DNA of 63,015 nt, the filler included, from Reclinomonas americana ATCC 50394 (taxonomy: Eukaryota), in NCBI GenBank assembly GCA_048213135.1. It is 8 parts of 3 records of this genome, joined end to end, with 100 filler letters (N's around TTAATTAATTAA, not from the genome) between each part and the next. Parts side by side here need not be neighbours in the genome. Positions count along the whole stretch, not along the records: positions 57,502 to 61,329 come from PS015074.1; positions 61,430 to 63,015 come from PS015077.1; 6 more parts are not named here. The stretch is one strand, 5' to 3'. Below the pieces are notes generated by a model. The model saw only the letters and a program-made list of their open reading frames with translations. It had not been told where the DNA came from and ran no database searches. The translations under genes and the position numbers were made by a program. Position 1 is the first letter of the stretch; the number at the start of each line of letters is the position of its first letter. Shown here one piece after another: positions 60,501 to 63,015 of this stretch.

Positions 60501-61329
60501 AGACGGCCGAGTCGGTCGACTCGGGCACCGACGCGTCCACGGAGATGGTCGCCGATGGTGACGACGACGACGATGAGCGTGTCATCACTCCGCTCTCTCA
60601 CTCGTCGCGTGATGGGCGCGGTGGCGGCGACGGTACTCCGTGGCGCACGAGTCACTTGGCGGCTGGCGATGCGGCTGGCGACTTGGATCATGCGCCTGTG
60701 ATTTATGATCGTCCCTCCAGCCGATCCCGATGGTGAGTCTCAAAGGAGAAGAAGGTTGGTGGATATCACCGTCTCACCCTTTTGCTTGCGTGCTCACAGG
60801 ACGCCATCACGATCGNNNNNNNNNNNNNNNNNNNNNNNNNNNNNNNNNNNNNNNNNNNNNNNNNNNNNNNNNNNNNNNNNNNNNNNNNNNNNNNNNNNNN
60901 NNNNNNNNNNNNNNNNNNNNNNNNNNNNNNNNNNNNNNNNNNNNNNNNNNNNNNNNNNNNNNNNNNNNNNNNNNNNNNNNNNNNNNNNNNNNNNNNNNNN
61001 NNNNNNNNNNNNNNNNNNNNNNNNNNNNNNNNNNNNNNNNNNNNNNNNNNNNNNNNACCTGCGACGTCGGTCGAACGATAGGGGCGATCGCGACCGGCTG
61101 ACTTGACTCGCAGCGGGCGGTCACTCGCCAAGTCGGTGGCGTTGAGCAGGGCTAGCGCCGCAGCCGCAATGTCGCGCCCGCCGCGCGCCGCACTCGCCAC
61201 GCCACGTGCACCAGCGCCGCCACCCGCAGACGAGCCGACAGACGACGCCAGCGACGGCGGTGGAGCAGCACACGGCGCAAAACTGTCCTCCGATCCATTT
61301 TCCAAGTACTTCATCAGCACCGGCGTCAG
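57522..61329 (+). CDS. Large low-complexity protein with coiled coils and one globular, possibly PH-like, domain (~59130-59530); both ends missing
   Basis: Long coding-like exons joined by GT-AG introns (57968, ~58556, 59533, 60733). No family recognised. Confidence 0.6.
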
Positions 61330-61585
61330 NNNNNNNNNNNNNNNNNNNNNNNNNNNNNNNNNNNNNNNNNNNNTTAATTAATTAANNNNNNNNNNNNNNN
61401 NNNNNNNNNNNNNNNNNNNNNNNNNNNNNTTTCTATTATTACTTTGCACGACAAGCTTACGTACAAGTTACTCGATGTTTGTCCAACGATGCAAGGGTGT
61501 GGGTGGTGCACAGGTTCAGGCCGGAGTGCAACTTGACAATAATGGTGTGGTGTGAGAGAAGTAACAGTTGTCGTCAAGGGATTTG

Positions 61586-61861
61586 TGGGCGTTTATCGCA
61601 TTATTGGAATGTGGTGAATGAAGTGTTTTGTTTTTATAACAACAACCGTTCTGCTTCCGCAGCTTCCTTCATCGTCGAATTCGCGATCGAATTCGAATTC
61701 CGGAAGAAGCCGAATCCAGCTGCAGCTCCAACCATCGCCGTAAGTCGATTAATTATGGACATTTGTCGCATTATTGGAATGTGGTGAATGAAGTGTTTTG
61801 TTGCATCCTGGAAGAACAAAACACTTCATTCACCACATTCCAATAATGCGACAAATGTCCA
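61586..61861. repeat. 47-bp perfect hairpin (61756-61802 / 61815-61861, 12-nt loop) plus an upstream direct copy of the arm (61586-61632)
   Basis: TGGACATTTGTCGCATTATTGGAATGTGGTGAATGAAGTGTTTTGTT and its exact reverse complement. Confidence 0.92.
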
Positions 61862-62017
61862 CATCTCAACAGGAAAGAAAGTGAAAAACGAGAGGAGTAT
61901 GATATGACTCCGATCGTAATTTTCACTTTATGAAACCATGATATTCCAACAGTGGAAATCTGGAAATCCCTTGCCGACGATGACCATTGGCACACCAACA
62001 ATATAAAACACATAGAT

Positions 62018-62216
62018 AAATCCACTGGTCAACCACGCTTATGCGGTGAAGATCGCAGTTCTCGACTTGTTCGGAGCTCCGAGAGCGAACACACACACAC
62101 AAGGAACCTGCTGCCGCGCATGCCTCAAGATTGGTGTCTGTGTTGATGTTTTGGATACGGTTGAACTTGGTCATCAAGACAGCTGTTGCTTGTTTGTTGG
62201 TGAATGAATTGTTGTT
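62018..62216 (-). repeat. Dispersed ~200-bp repeat, copy 3
   Basis: Aligns to 33436-33636 and, inverted, to 4558-4742. Confidence 0.9.
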
Positions 62217-62373
62217 ATCATCTCCAACCGTCATCTTCCCTTTCAGGAGACAAAGCCAATCAAACGCGTGTTGGCCTCAAAAGGATTTCGTGGCGCATTG
62301 TTATCAGCAGCCGCACGCAGACGTCGACGCTGAACTCGTTGAAGCTGGGTGCTGCAGTAGCGACGCGATGGAT

Positions 62374-62817
62374 CTAGTTGCCCTGAGGCTGCGGCGCAGC
62401 TGCTGCGGGTGGGGGGTTATTTGCTTGAGCCTTGTTGCCACCGGCACAGCGGAAAGCGAACATCGCATAGTCCGCCCGCAGGATCTCCACGCAGCACCTG
62501 TCCACCACACGGCGCAGTTGACCGCTCTCGATGCCCATCTTCTTCAACGACGCCCGGGTAGTCTGCGCGCACGATCCAACTTGCGTGAAAACAATCGGCA
62601 CGTACGTAACCACCGCTTCATGATCAGTGTGCGTTCGGATCTTCTCCACCAGCTCGGCATACTTCACCAACATGAAGCTTGAGCAACCACAGCTGGTACA
62701 CCGTAAACCCCAAAGGCACCTGTGAATCATGCAGCTGCTGCTGTTTGGATTAGTAAAGTTGTTGTTGTTGTACACAAAACCGCGGACAATCGATATCGCA
62801 ACGTCGACATGCTCCAC
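62374..62817 (-). mobile_element. Degenerate C-terminal restriction-like endonuclease (RLE) fragment of a non-LTR retrotransposon (CRE/R2/NeSL type)
   Basis: EHVDVAI...LVKYAEL...VPIVFTQVGS...TRASLKKMGI follows the RLE pattern DVx...KxxKYxxL...PIVxxxxG...LxxLG. In-frame stop upstream; no RT visible. Confidence 0.5.
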
Positions 62818-63015
62818 CTCCTCTCACCAACACACGCGGCACATACACCCACCACTCCAGCCGCTGCCTTGCCTTCCCCGCATGCACGCACGCGAGAGAG
62901 AGAGGGAGAGCACGCGCGCGAAACAAACCAACAAATTTTCTGTGCACAGGACACGTCGCCGCGCCTCCCACTGTCACGGCTCGCACCCAAACACACACCC
63001 ACCCACACCCACCAA

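Overview
Eukaryotic (probably free-living protist) draft assembly: eight pieces joined by artificial 100-bp N44-TTAATTAATTAA-N44 linkers, with further N gaps and many GA/CT microsatellites. It is gene-dense and intron-rich. Recognisable genes: phospholipase B-like Ntn hydrolase, PH + RI-like LRR protein, sterol desaturase/fatty acid hydroxylase, STE11-like pseudokinase, THOC2, choline transporter-like (SLC44) protein, INTS7, C2H2 zinc-finger factor, NYN-domain protein and a partial EF-hand protein. Three things stand out. (1) About 33 hand-spliced introns use a 1-nt-shifted donor GTTGCG(T), almost never preceded by G, beside ordinary G|GTGCGT/GTGAGT donors. (2) A tandem pair of membrane-anchor + class-3 lipase + TPR-array genes, one with a Ser-Asp-His triad and one lacking Ser and His. 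(3) A tandem pair of intronless WD40 genes with divergent blade faces but a near-identical C-terminal tail. Also present: a ~200-bp dispersed repeat, two long hairpins and a degenerate RLE-type non-LTR retrotransposon fragment. All gene models were spliced by eye with no database searches, so family calls rest on motifs.
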